64,000 bases of DNA from Promethearchaeota archaeon (GCA_019058245.1 JAHPZJ010000023.1:1-64000), one strand, 5' to 3'. Positions 1-10,439 are shown, numbered from the stretch's first letter. Numbers and translations are program-made. The notes: generated from the sequence alone by a model not told the origin.

Positions 1-63
1 TAATTTTTTTCTTTAAATATAGTCAACCCTAACATAGCATAATCAGTTTATAATTGTTAAATT

Positions 64-1218
64 ATGGTTCAAGTATTAAAAAAAATTGATATTAGTCAAG
101 TAAGAGTCAGAGAAGTATATGATTTAGCAGAGATTAAAGAAGCATTAGAGAGCAAGTTATATGTCCCCGATTACAATATTAGAAACAAAATAATATCTGA
201 ATTAATCACATATCTGAAATCAAAATTTAAAGATCCAAGATATAAAATTAAACCACTTATCGCTTATAATAACACTAAAATTGTAGGATTTGTAATAGGC
301 CAGATTGACCCATTTTTTACAAGTTATAGTAGGAAATGCGGTACATTTGGTTGGCTCTTTGCTGATTCATTTAAAGTGTGTCATACTTTAATAAAAGAAT
401 GTGAAATATTTTTAAAAGAAAATAAAGTAAGGAAAGTTAGAGGGAATATCAATTTTCCAAAAAATTTAGGAGGCTTTGGGATACAATTCATGGGATTTAA
501 ACAACAAATGCTTTATGGTGTTGCTTATACCAATCCTCAATCCAAATTACTTGATTATTTATCAGAGTTAGGATATCGGAAAGAATCTGAATATTCTTGC
601 GTATATGTCGCTCAAAAATCATGGGATAAAGGAAAAAAAATTGATCGAAATATTGAATTTAGATATGGATCTATGAAAGAATTATATGATTATGTGGATG
701 ATATTAGAAATTTAGCTATTGATTCTTTTCATGAAATTCTACCAGATGCCTCAGGTTCAAATCGTATTTTGGAGTTTTTTAAAGCATTTGAAAGTATACC
801 AAAATCTTTTTATAGAATAAAAGCATTTAATCCAAAAATATACTCTGATGTACCTCATTTTGTGGAAACTTGGGAGACTCAGAACTTAGAAAAAATAGAA
901 CCACTTGCACCAATGGCTTTTGATAAGAATAAAAATGAATTAATAGGTATTCTATTAGGACTTCCTGATCTATTCCAAACATGGAGAGGAGACGCTATTA
1001 CACGTTGTAATGTTGACACTGCGATGGTAAAGAAAGGATATTTTGGAAAGGGTATTTTTTCAGCATTAAATAATTTAGGGCAACTTACAGCCAATTTATT
1101 TGGAGTGAATTATTTTGAAGGAACAGGTATTTGGTCAAACAATTCACGTGCTATTAGCACGATATTTCCCCATTGTGAACAAATTAGAAAGCATTATGTT
1201 GTCCATAAACGTTTGTAA
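64..1218 (+). CDS. YghO-like GNAT-fold acetyltransferase
   Basis: 384 aa; GTFGW, RKVRGNIN, YxxPxxxxxxLxxLGY and C-terminal GYFGKGI acetyl-CoA-binding-like motif. Confidence 0.6.
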   Translation: MVQVLKKIDISQVRVREVYDLAEIKEALESKLYVPDYNIRNKIISELITYLKSKFKDPRYKIKPLIAYNNTKIVGFVIGQIDPFFTSYSRKCGTFGWLFADSFKVCHTLIKECEIFLKENKVRKVRGNINFPKNLGGFGIQFMGFKQQMLYGVAYTNPQSKLLDYLSELGYRKESEYSCVYVAQKSWDKGKKIDRNIEFRYGSMKELYDYVDDIRNLAIDSFHEILPDASGSNRILEFFKAFESIPKSFYRIKAFNPKIYSDVPHFVETWETQNLEKIEPLAPMAFDKNKNELIGILLGLPDLFQTWRGDAITRCNVDTAMVKKGYFGKGIFSALNNLGQLTANLFGVNYFEGTGIWSNNSRAISTIFPHCEQIRKHYVVHKRL

Positions 1219-1242
1219 ATCATAAGAAAATCCTAAAATCCC

Positions 1243-2364
1243 TTAGCTGAAAGAAAATTTATAATGATCCAGTTTCAGTTCTTTTTGCATGGTTTTAATA
1301 TCATTCTGTAAACTTTTATTGAGTGGAATGCCTTTACTTTTTCTTATGTCTTCCATGATTTTTTCTTTTTCTCCAGCAGTATAAATTCTTTCAGCATTAG
1401 GTATTTTTCTGGATCCTCGTAAATCTCTCATTATATTTCCAGCTGTTTGTTTAAATGACTCTAGCCCTATAAAGTTATCAATATTTATTGCTAAAAAGAA
1501 ATGTCCTACCTTTAATCGTTTTTGACCATCCTCAACTATTCCAAGGGTATCTCTTAAATAAATACCCTCTTGTAATGCAGCAGACAGAAGTTCAACAATA
1601 GTAGCATAGCCATACCCTTTATATCCTGCTGTTTCCTCACCCTTGCCTCCTAAAGGCAATAAAGATGCTTTCCGTTCTAACATTTTTTCTAAAATTTTAT
1701 TAGGATCCCTCATAATATCACCATTTTCATCAATCACAGTATTTTCAGGAACCATTTTATTAATTCGTGCATTTAATTCAACTTTTCCTCTTTGAATGAT
1801 TGATGTGGCACAATCAAGAACAAATGGAAAATCTTCGTCAGTAGGAGCCCCTACTGTTAGAGGATTGGTACCTAACATTGGTTCGCTTCCAAATGTGGGA
1901 GGAATAGAAGGTCTTGCATTGGTTACAGTTAATCCTATCATCCCTTCCTTAATAGCCATAAGTGAATAATATCCCGCAATTCCAAAATGAGTAGAATTCC
2001 TAACCGCTACAGCACCTAACCCATATTTCTTAGCTTTCTTAATTGCCATTTTCATTGCTTTATAAGCTATTACGTGCCCCATTCCACAATTACCGTCTAA
2101 AAGAGCAGTTGTTGGACCTTCTTTTATAATGTCAATTTTTGTTATTGGATTATAAAGCCCTTCCTTGATACGATCATAATACATTTTACATCTCTGAATA
2201 CCATGTGACTCAATCCCTCTTAAATCGGATGTAATCAGAACATCAGCTATAATACTAGCATCTTCTTTAGGTACGCCAAGACCTACAAAGACGTCTTTTA
2301 TAAAATTCTCAAGTGTACTAGCATCTATATTTATAATATCTTCTGACATTTTAGAACCTACCAA
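1243..2364 (-). CDS. Ldh_2 family (type 2 malate/L-lactate) oxidoreductase
   Basis: DLRGIESHG, RNSTHFGIAGYY, GTNPL, GYKGYG motifs; true start may be ATG at 2349. Confidence 0.9.
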   Translation of the reverse strand: MVGSKMSEDIINIDASTLENFIKDVFVGLGVPKEDASIIADVLITSDLRGIESHGIQRCKMYYDRIKEGLYNPITKIDIIKEGPTTALLDGNCGMGHVIAYKAMKMAIKKAKKYGLGAVAVRNSTHFGIAGYYSLMAIKEGMIGLTVTNARPSIPPTFGSEPMLGTNPLTVGAPTDEDFPFVLDCATSIIQRGKVELNARINKMVPENTVIDENGDIMRDPNKILEKMLERKASLLPLGGKGEETAGYKGYGYATIVELLSAALQEGIYLRDTLGIVEDGQKRLKVGHFFLAINIDNFIGLESFKQTAGNIMRDLRGSRKIPNAERIYTAGEKEKIMEDIRKSKGIPLNKSLQNDIKTMQKELKLDHYKFSFS

Positions 2365-2601
2365 TTATTTATTCATTTTAAAAAATTTTTAAAGTATTAA
2401 ATAAAAATAATTTTTTCAACCAAATTTTAATTCTTGTTATGTGATGAATAGTAATTTTCACTATTTCATAAGGTTAAAAAAATATTCTCCTTATAAAATA
2501 TGTTACACATATTATTTTGGTATATATATTATCAATTGTATTAAAAATTGTAATATTTAACAATTAATTAAATGATAATTATATATAAGTTTTAGAGTAT
2601 C

Positions 2602-3456
2602 ATGAATAAAAAAGAAAAGTTAAAATGCCCACTTTGTAGTACTAAATTCATTCCAAGAACATTCTATCCAGAGGAAGCCACATTTTCTTCTAATGGTAAA
2701 TTATTATCAGGTTTCAATGGGTATATCAGTTCTAGTGGTGTGAAACCAGCAGAAGTTATTCTGAGTTCTTGGATTACCTATTGCCCTAATTGCAATTATA
2801 TTATGAAATTTGTAAAGGAAATTGTGAAAAAAGAGAAAATTCAATCTCAGACTTTTACTAAAAAAGATATTAATCAAAAATATAACAGCTATTATTTTGG
2901 GTTTCCATTTGAAGATTATTCTCAATACTTAACTGGAGTTATCCATGAGATTAGAAAAGAAATAGAAGCCTCTCTTAAAGGTTTAGATTTAAAAATTTGG
3001 AAAAATATGTATGAAATAAATGATACATTTAAACTTTTAGTAAGATTTTATGCGAATTTAGAAAATTATTGTAATTCTCAACTTGAGAATAAAGAAGATA
3101 AACCATTAGCCACAAAAATAAAAATGCTGAACCTTAATCCAGAGTTACAAAATGCTTTAATAGAGCTAAATGATTTGAGAAATAAAACCATTCAAGGTAT
3201 TTATGAACTCTCTTCTGAGGATAAAGAAAAGGTCAATAATTCAGTTGTCAATTTTACTTTAAGTTTATTAGAGAAACATATAAAACCATTAATCGATGAA
3301 AAGAAATTTAAAGAAAAATATAGCTATGTGGATATCAAAGATCTTAATTTTGAAATCAAGATCTTTCTAAATACCTTTCTAAATAGTATTTTTAATCATG
3401 GAAAATCAGCCAACCAAGAAATAACCTCGTTTCTTGAGCAAATTATTACTAATTAA
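2602..3456 (+). CDS. Zn-ribbon plus HEPN/DUF4145-like helical domain protein
   Basis: CPLC...CPNC pairs; LNDLRNKTIQG resembles the HEPN RNxxxH site lacking His. Confidence 0.4.
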   Translation: MNKKEKLKCPLCSTKFIPRTFYPEEATFSSNGKLLSGFNGYISSSGVKPAEVILSSWITYCPNCNYIMKFVKEIVKKEKIQSQTFTKKDINQKYNSYYFGFPFEDYSQYLTGVIHEIRKEIEASLKGLDLKIWKNMYEINDTFKLLVRFYANLENYCNSQLENKEDKPLATKIKMLNLNPELQNALIELNDLRNKTIQGIYELSSEDKEKVNNSVVNFTLSLLEKHIKPLIDEKKFKEKYSYVDIKDLNFEIKIFLNTFLNSIFNHGKSANQEITSFLEQIITN

Positions 3457-3561
3457 TTATTAAAATTATTATCATTTCTACCTAAATTTTTAGTTACTTT
3501 TATCGATGTATCATCACCATGTTATAGTTTTATTTGAATCTTTAGCTCATATCTTTAATTC

Positions 3562-3726
3562 ATGATTCTAAATGATTTAAAAGCAAAGGTTAAAGGAAAA
3601 TTCTATAAAGAGATTACAATCGAGGATGATGGGGAAGATCTTGTCTATATTTTTCCAGACACGAAAGAATTTCTCTCAATTATTAGAAGAAAAGAGATTA
3701 AAAAAAATCTTCATTCTTCAGATTGA
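3562..3726 (+). CDS. small hypothetical protein (54 aa, below ORF-track cutoff)
   Basis: ATG 3562 to TGA 3726: MILNDLKAKVKGKFYKEITIEDDGEDLVYIFPDTKEF... Confidence 0.4.
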   Translation: MILNDLKAKVKGKFYKEITIEDDGEDLVYIFPDTKEFLSIIRRKEIKKNLHSSD

Positions 3727-3796
3727 TTTTAATAGATACTAAAAAAGAAACTCAATTATCTCACTGAAAATATAAATTTAAATTTTATAGCACATT

Positions 3797-4111
3797 ACTA
3801 TAGTTGGACACCTTGGGCAATGTCTGAAGCCCCTTTAGCTGGGTGGACCACAAAATGCTCATAGTGGAAATTGCCTGAATTCAGATTTTATGAATAATAT
3901 TAACCAGTCTTATGTTCCGTCGAAGCATTCCCCATAATGGTAGGTATCAGAGTAGTATTTTTTGTAGGAAAAGTATAAACTCGTAATTAGAAAACCGGCT
4001 AGGCTCGGGAGAGAGCAACCGTAACTATAGGTATTTACGCTTTATGGTAAGGGTGTGGAGGGCCATGAGATCTTTTGGTCATAATATTAGGATTATAATC
4101 GAGGTTCAGGT
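3797..4111 (+). ncRNA. ffs: archaeal signal recognition particle (7S) RNA
   Basis: GC-richer non-coding island. Helix 8 CGG-CUAGG-CUC-GGGA-GAG-AGCAA-CCG (3996-4021), helix 6 with GUAG tetraloop (~3950-3982), helix 5 CCUGAAUUC.../...GAGGUUCAGG, followed by a T-run. Confidence 0.9.
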
Positions 4112-4126
4112 TTTTTAAACCTAATT

Positions 4127-4594
4127 TTATTCATCATTTTTGTCTTTTGATTCTTTTATTAATTGGTATATACAATTTTTATGATTTGTATCTAAAATGC
4201 ATTCTATCGTTTTGATATTGTATTTAATTTCAGGTTGAGCAATAGTTATAATTGCCATAGTATATGGTTTGCAGATTGTAGCTCGAACAAGTTCACCTCG
4301 TTCTGGGTTAGGTTTTCCCCCAATTGGACAGAAATTTGAAGAATGGCGTACTGTAATTTCTATAGTATTATCATTTATGCTTTTTATTTGAGTTTTAGCT
4401 TTAAGGGCACTGTATATTTGTTTTAGAGTATTTTCTAATCCATTGATTCCTCGTTTTTTTAATAATTTACCTAATTTAGCACCTAAAGCAGTAGAGATCG
4501 ATTTAGGTAGATTAACGCCACCAATATCAATCATCTCGTTAATATATGCTTGGAAGAATTTTAAAGCATCCTTGTTTTTTGACATCTTTGTCAA
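4127..4594 (-). CDS. V4R/methanogen-output-domain-like Cys-containing protein (paralog 1)
   Basis: FCPIGG, ICxPYT, C-x7-C; strongly similar to the neighbouring ORF. Confidence 0.55.
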   Translation of the reverse strand: MTKMSKNKDALKFFQAYINEMIDIGGVNLPKSISTALGAKLGKLLKKRGINGLENTLKQIYSALKAKTQIKSINDNTIEITVRHSSNFCPIGGKPNPERGELVRATICKPYTMAIITIAQPEIKYNIKTIECILDTNHKNCIYQLIKESKDKNDE

Positions 4595-4790
4595 GGTATA
4601 ATTTCTTATTAGGCTAAAAGATAGATAAATCTCAATGTTAAAGTATTTAAGACTTGTTATAAGAATTATTTATTTAACAATAATTCATATCTTCATAATG
4701 AGTTGATTTTTTTTCATAAACTATGCTTTAATTTAGATTATAAAAAAGGTTTTACTTCAAAAAAAAGGATTCATAATAATTATTTGATAT

Positions 4791-5243
4791 TTAGCCATTG
4801 GTATCTTTTCTTTTAAGTTTTAAAATATAATGACAACTTTTATTATTATTTTGCAGAATGCATTTTAATATTTCTGACTTAGTTATGAATTGGGGAAATA
4901 ATTCATTCAAGAATCCTCTTGTATAAGGAATACAGATATTCTCTTGAAAGATTGGCGCTCTAGAGGGATTATAAGAACCTCCAATTGGACAAAATTTCTT
5001 AGGATATTTTATGATTACTTCATAAGTATTCTCATCTATTTGATTTATTATTGGTTTTCCATTTAGAACAGAATAGACTTGTTTTAATGTATTTCCGATA
5101 TTTAGAGATACTCCCTTTTTTTTATAATATTTACCTAGTTTTGCACCAGATTTTGTGGAAATTGCTTTTGGTAAATTTTCTCCACCTATATCAATCATTT
5201 CTTTAATATATGCTTGAAAAAATTTCAGAGCGTCTTTATTGAT
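4791..5243 (-). CDS. V4R/methanogen-output-domain-like protein (paralog 2), probable ATC start
   Basis: Homology to paralog 1 (NKDALKFFQAYI) extends 15 codons upstream of the track ATG to ATC 5243, preceded by GAGGTGA. Confidence 0.6.
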   Translation of the reverse strand: MNKDALKFFQAYIKEMIDIGGENLPKAISTKSGAKLGKYYKKKGVSLNIGNTLKQVYSVLNGKPIINQIDENTYEVIIKYPKKFCPIGGSYNPSRAPIFQENICIPYTRGFLNELFPQFITKSEILKCILQNNNKSCHYILKLKRKDTNG

Positions 5244-5377
5244 AAAATCACCTCTTAGAAAAAATTATTATTTTGTTATTTAAAATATAATTTCCTTATA
5301 CCGTAATTTACAAGAGAAAATCATAAATACAGATATATAAATCTATCCATTAATGTCAAATTTAAGCAAAAAAGAAA

Positions 5378-5983
5378 TTATAAGATTTCATTTTCTAAAG
5401 TAAATCTTAGTAATCGATCTTTATCTTCCTCGGCATAATCTATGCCAATTCTCTTGTTTAATATGATTTTTTTATTTGATGATTTCTCTCCTTGTGTAAA
5501 ATATAACTTTGAATCAGATTTACACGAATCTTTTCCATTAAACTTTTCTTTAGTGATATTTAAAGCATTACAGAGCTTACTTGGTCCATCTACTAAATTT
5601 TTATAATTTTTCCCAATCTTAGCATTACGATTTTCAATCATTAATTCAATTCCACTGACAGGAAACAGTTGTCGAATTAAAATAGCACAAGGAATTTCTT
5701 TTGGTTCTGTAATAACGTTTAAACAATAATATAATCCATATATCATATAAATATAAAGAGTTCCTGGTTTCATATACATTGTTTTTGTTCTTTCTGTTTT
5801 TTTATAATTATAGGAATGACAAGCTTTATCATTTGGTCCAAGATAGGCTTCTACTTCAATAATTTTACCAATCATTTGTCTTCCTCGTTCTTTTCGTATC
5901 AAATATTTGCCTAATAACTCTTTCGCAATGAATTCTGTGTTCTTAGTAAAAAAATCCCTATTTAAACGTTTCAATTCAGTCAT
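5378..5983 (-). CDS. mpg: DNA-3-methyladenine glycosylase (AAG/MPG family)
   Basis: IIEVEAYLG, YIYMIYGLYYCLNV, GPSKLC, RIGI. Confidence 0.95.
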   Translation of the reverse strand: MTELKRLNRDFFTKNTEFIAKELLGKYLIRKERGRQMIGKIIEVEAYLGPNDKACHSYNYKKTERTKTMYMKPGTLYIYMIYGLYYCLNVITEPKEIPCAILIRQLFPVSGIELMIENRNAKIGKNYKNLVDGPSKLCNALNITKEKFNGKDSCKSDSKLYFTQGEKSSNKKIILNKRIGIDYAEEDKDRLLRFTLENEIL

Positions 5984-6042
5984 AAATTTTAACTTAAATA
6001 TTTTTTAGATGTTCTAAAAAATTCAGAATCTTATCTTATATT

Positions 6043-6861
6043 TTAATTAAATACATCTTTTAGAAATAATTCTAACTTAGCATTACAAGCAATAAACGGA
6101 AATTTTTCATTGATGGATAATGGTCTTTTAATTTCCGCCCCTTCAAGAGAAAAAATCCTTCCTCCAGCTTCTTTTAAAATTAGTATACCCGCTGCTACAT
6201 CGACTAATCGATTGCTTTTTCTCATGTTAATAAAAGCATCCATACTGCCTTTAGCTATTTGACATAAAGATAATGCGCTACTACCCAGTATTCGTATTTT
6301 ATAAAATTTTCTTATTATTGGATTTAACAAATTTAAATTCTTCATCAAATTTTTCTTTGGTAAATTTATCTCAAAAAAGCATTCTTGTGGAATTTCATAA
6401 TCAGAAACATAGATCCTTGAATCATTCAAATAAGCTCCTTTTCCCTTTTCTGCCGAGTAAATATCTTTTGTAGTCAAATCAAGTACTACAGCTTTTTCTA
6501 TATCATTTATATTATCTCCAATCGCATAAGCAATAGAGACTGAACAATAAGGGATACCTCTAACCGCATTATTTGATCCATCAATGGGATCAACAATTAG
6601 TACCTTTTTTTTTTTCCTTGCTATCTCTTCATCTCCGATATATTTCTCTCCAATTTCTTCACTTATCAATAATATATCAGTATTTTTATCTTCTAATAAT
6701 TTAATAAGAGTATTTTCAGCAACAAGATCAATATACATAGAAACGTCTCCTCCTGCACCTCTCTTAGATTTTTTCGCTGCTTGTTTTAATCCTACTAGTG
6801 GTTTTATTGCATCATATACAGTTATAACAAGCTGCTTTAAAAAATTTATATTATATTCCAT
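6043..6861 (-). CDS. suhB: inositol monophosphatase / FBPase family
   Basis: SEEIG, VDPIDGSNN, RILGSSAL, DVAAG. Confidence 0.9.
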   Translation of the reverse strand: MEYNINFLKQLVITVYDAIKPLVGLKQAAKKSKRGAGGDVSMYIDLVAENTLIKLLEDKNTDILLISEEIGEKYIGDEEIARKKKKVLIVDPIDGSNNAVRGIPYCSVSIAYAIGDNINDIEKAVVLDLTTKDIYSAEKGKGAYLNDSRIYVSDYEIPQECFFEINLPKKNLMKNLNLLNPIIRKFYKIRILGSSALSLCQIAKGSMDAFINMRKSNRLVDVAAGILILKEAGGRIFSLEGAEIKRPLSINEKFPFIACNAKLELFLKDVFN

Positions 6862-6916
6862 TAAAATCAGATTTTATTTTTAATTACAGAAGAAAATCCA
6901 AATAAATAATTAATTT

Positions 6917-8176
6917 TTATGAAGAATTTCCATAATTCAATTCATAGTCTATTATTTCACTTAATTCATTATAAGGTGTTATTACGATTTGAATAAAACC
7001 TTTTTCAAAAATTAAATTAGGTCCTATCTTTAATTCCTTCTTTAAATAAATTTTATCTATTCTCATTGAGATTAGCCAATCTGAAATTATAATCCCTTTT
7101 CTCTTCTCTTCATTTATATATTGATTATTAAAGATATTATAATCTAATAATTGTCTCTCTTTTTCATTTTCCTTAATTTCAAATAAAGCAAAATAAAGAG
7201 CTTCACCAAAATGATCGGATAATATAGAATTTAACCCATTATTATCGATTAATGGAACCGCCACCTTAGTTATAGGATTCGCTTGAGTTTGAAATAAGAT
7301 TAATACTTTGAAAATTTGTGGATATTTTTCTTTTATTTTGACAATTAATTGATTCTTTAACGATTGGATTTGAATTAGAGAAAGATCTTTGTTTAAACTA
7401 ATACTTATTTCTAAAAATATATATTTTCCATAGGCTCTTATATTTAAACTCTCTATTTCTTTAATTTTTGGGAAATTCTTTATCATATTATTAAGTTCAG
7501 TTCTTTTATCAAAGTCTATTACCGCGTCAAGTAAAACTTTTGTAGAGTTTAAGAAAATATCAAAACCACCTTTAATTATAAAAATAGTAATAATTAGTCC
7601 GATAAATGAATCCAAAAAATAAAGATTAAAAATGTAGCCTATAAATCCCACTAAAACAGATAATGATATAACATTGTCATAGAGTTTTTCACTTGCCTCT
7701 GACTTAATTACGGGTGAATTAGTTTTTTTTCCTACTTTTTTTAAATAGTAAGTTATGATTAAAGATACTATGAGAGAAATTATTAAAAAGATTAAAGATA
7801 AGTTTGATATTTTTATAATTCTAAAATTGCCCTGGGTAAAATTAATGATATCTTGAAAAGTTCCCAGAATAATAATATAGGCTGTATAAAAAATGAATAA
7901 TGATATGAATAAGCTTATGATATTTTCAATTTTATAATAACCATAAGGAAATTTCTCATTTGGTTTCTTTCTGGAATATAGAAACCCTATAAAAGCTGCA
8001 AATACCATAACTATATCTGTAAGTGTATCAAAAGCATCAGCTCGAAGTGCCATACTATGAGTTAGAAATGAAAACATTAATTTTAAAATAAAAAAGACTA
8101 TATTAACAATTAACAAAAAGAAGTTTAAGAATATTGGATTTTCATAAAATCTTGGATTATAATCACTATCTATCAT
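6917..8176 (-). CDS. cation diffusion facilitator with C-terminal NifB/NifX-like domain
   Basis: ADAFDTLTD, FPYGYYKIE, TM helices; C-terminal VAVP...HFGEALYF. Confidence 0.85.
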   Translation of the reverse strand: MIDSDYNPRFYENPIFLNFFLLIVNIVFFILKLMFSFLTHSMALRADAFDTLTDIVMVFAAFIGFLYSRKKPNEKFPYGYYKIENIISLFISLFIFYTAYIIILGTFQDIINFTQGNFRIIKISNLSLIFLIISLIVSLIITYYLKKVGKKTNSPVIKSEASEKLYDNVISLSVLVGFIGYIFNLYFLDSFIGLIITIFIIKGGFDIFLNSTKVLLDAVIDFDKRTELNNMIKNFPKIKEIESLNIRAYGKYIFLEISISLNKDLSLIQIQSLKNQLIVKIKEKYPQIFKVLILFQTQANPITKVAVPLIDNNGLNSILSDHFGEALYFALFEIKENEKERQLLDYNIFNNQYINEEKRKGIIISDWLISMRIDKIYLKKELKIGPNLIFEKGFIQIVITPYNELSEIIDYELNYGNSS

Positions 8177-8178
8177 TT

Positions 8179-8904
8179 TTAAATTTTATGTCTTTCAATG
8201 ATCCATTTATCTACAATAAATTTTTGAAGTTTATTTTTTTGATTAACTTCATATTCAGAGTGTACAGTGCTCTTTGGTATCCAAAACTCCTCTCCGGATT
8301 GCAAAGTAATTAATAAAGCTTTAGGACTTTCGACTTTTATTTCAGCTTTAATTTCAACTGTGCTTCTTGATGCACTATATTCTGTAGTTTCTACTATGTG
8401 TAAACCATCTCTGGCAGTTATATGCTCAGCAAAAAGCCCAAATTCAGCTTCTTCATCAACCTCTCCTTTTTGCATCGTTTTGGTTTCAAAAGTTCCACTT
8501 GTAGCAAATTCAATTTTTTCATTAAGGATATGATCCAAAAGTAATGCCATCATATTTAGATTTGGAAATCGAAGTTTCTTAATATACTCACCTATTTTAA
8601 CACGTAAGACTTGACGAGATTCATCTTCCCATCCAACATATATCTCTGTTTTGCGATCTTGAAAAATATGATATCCTCTCCAATTTGCATTTCTCCTATA
8701 AAGAACTTCTATAATGCATATAATTTCCTCAATTGATAAACGTACTGTTTTTCCTTCTCCCTCAGAAATTTTTTCCCAGGACCCATCATTCTTTCGGTTT
8801 ATACAACTTAAGAATATATAAGGAACTTGCTTAGATGGACTACTAACTCTTAAGCTTTTTTTTTGCCCATAAAAGGTTTTAATATGAAAATCAGCCAATT
8901 TCAC
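8179..8904 (-). CDS. conserved hypothetical two-domain protein
   Basis: 241 aa; C-terminal ESPKALLI...FWIPKS beta domain. Confidence 0.6.
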   Translation of the reverse strand: MKLADFHIKTFYGQKKSLRVSSPSKQVPYIFLSCINRKNDGSWEKISEGEGKTVRLSIEEIICIIEVLYRRNANWRGYHIFQDRKTEIYVGWEDESRQVLRVKIGEYIKKLRFPNLNMMALLLDHILNEKIEFATSGTFETKTMQKGEVDEEAEFGLFAEHITARDGLHIVETTEYSASRSTVEIKAEIKVESPKALLITLQSGEEFWIPKSTVHSEYEVNQKNKLQKFIVDKWIIERHKI

Positions 8905-9079
8905 TCACTTCAAAAAAATATTTCAAGTTGACTCATGAGTATTCACAAAAAAAATAATTATTTATTAATTTAAATCTGAGTAATTAAACTGTTGTTTTTT
9001 AAAAATTTCTACAAAAGAGAAAAGGTTTTATAAAAATTGCTGTTATTTAATAGTAAATATCTTTTTCAAGCGAAATAAT

Positions 9080-9841
9080 ATGATTAAGAAAAATGAAGAT
9101 AATTCTGGTATAAAAGATAAGAAAAGAGCTGTAATAAGTAGCTCTGGAGATTTAATAGAATTACAGGAACATGTTAGTGCTTCTGGCTCTACTAACATCT
9201 CAGGGGGAAAAATTGATAAATCTATTCGAATCTCAGGCTCAGGAATAATTAATGGAGATTTAGAATGTAATGGTCTGACTTCAAACGGAATAATAAAAGG
9301 ATCTGGGAATTTAACTGTACATGGGGATGTTAGTAGTTCGGGTTCATTTAATATTGCTGGATTTCTTACTGGAGAGGAAGATGTTGATTTTTCAGGTTCA
9401 ACAGAGATAGGAAATTTGATAAATATTCAAGGATCTTTAGTAGTATCGGGAAGTTTTAAAGCAGGACATTTTGTCCGAGGAGATAAAGGAATTTCTCTTT
9501 CTGGTTCTTCAGAAATAAATGGGAATTTATCTTCTGAGAAAAAAATTACGATCGATGGAACCACTTATATTGAAGGGAATGTTGTAGCAGAGGATGTCCT
9601 TTTTGGAGTTTCAAGAGAAAAGATAAAAAAACAACATTATAGAATCCAAGGGAGTATACTGGCTAAGAATAATGTAGATATTATCCGATCCCATATAGAA
9701 GGAGATATTAAAGGTAAAGAAGTAGCAATCGGTCAAGGATCTGAAATTCTAGGTAACATTTATTATGTAGATAATATTGAAATCGATAAAAAAGCAAAAT
9801 TGGCTAATGAGCCAACTCAAATCGATTTAGGGGAATTATAG
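9080..9841 (+). CDS. bactofilin-like polymer-forming beta-helix protein
   Basis: repeated (I/V)SGSxxIxG units along the whole length. Confidence 0.75.
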   Translation: MIKKNEDNSGIKDKKRAVISSSGDLIELQEHVSASGSTNISGGKIDKSIRISGSGIINGDLECNGLTSNGIIKGSGNLTVHGDVSSSGSFNIAGFLTGEEDVDFSGSTEIGNLINIQGSLVVSGSFKAGHFVRGDKGISLSGSSEINGNLSSEKKITIDGTTYIEGNVVAEDVLFGVSREKIKKQHYRIQGSILAKNNVDIIRSHIEGDIKGKEVAIGQGSEILGNIYYVDNIEIDKKAKLANEPTQIDLGEL

Positions 9842-9867
9842 TTAAAAGTTATTTTAAGAAAATAAGT

Positions 9868-10173
9868 TTACATTAATTCAATTTCTACTAGTACTGATTC
9901 AGGAATCTGAATTTTCATAATAAGATGCATACTTCTTTCATTAGCAATAATCTCAAAAAGACGCTTATGGATCCGCATTTCAAACTTAGCCCAAGTACTA
10001 GTACCTTGGCCACTAGGAGCCTTTAAAACTGGGACACGTAATCTTTTTGTTGGGAGAGGTATAGGACCATTCTTTCGAATCCCTTGAGAACTACATACCG
10101 CTTGCACTTGCTCGCATACTGATTGTAATGCATTTAATTGAGTAGATGACAATCGTATGCGCGCTTTTTGTAT
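9868..10173 (-). CDS. rps10: 30S ribosomal protein uS10, ATA start
   Basis: GPIPLPT, MRIHKRL; N-terminus (M)QKARIRLSST begins at ATA 10173, in-frame TAA two codons upstream, GGTGA SD. Confidence 0.95.
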   Translation of the reverse strand: MQKARIRLSSTQLNALQSVCEQVQAVCSSQGIRKNGPIPLPTKRLRVPVLKAPSGQGTSTWAKFEMRIHKRLFEIIANERSMHLIMKIQIPESVLVEIELM

Positions 10174-10439
10174 GTTTTACTCACCACGAAAATTTATTTA
10201 AAATCACGTTTGCTGTATTATCGAAATTATTCCTATTAAATAAATTTTTTTATCGAATTATAAGTGAGAATCTATTTTTAATGATTTCTATTTGTTTGAT
10301 AAAAAAGGATAAACGCACGCTCATTTTTTGTTCATAAATTAGTTTGTATTTCATAGATTTCCATAAAATTTAAAATTGAAATTTTCAATATAATAAGTGG
10401 CATTTATTCAATAAGAAAAATAAGAATAATTAAAAAATC

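Noticed and set aside
2437-2470. Hairpin with GTGATGA resembling a C box or SECIS
   Set aside because: No D box, no opposing GA pair and no upstream UGA gene
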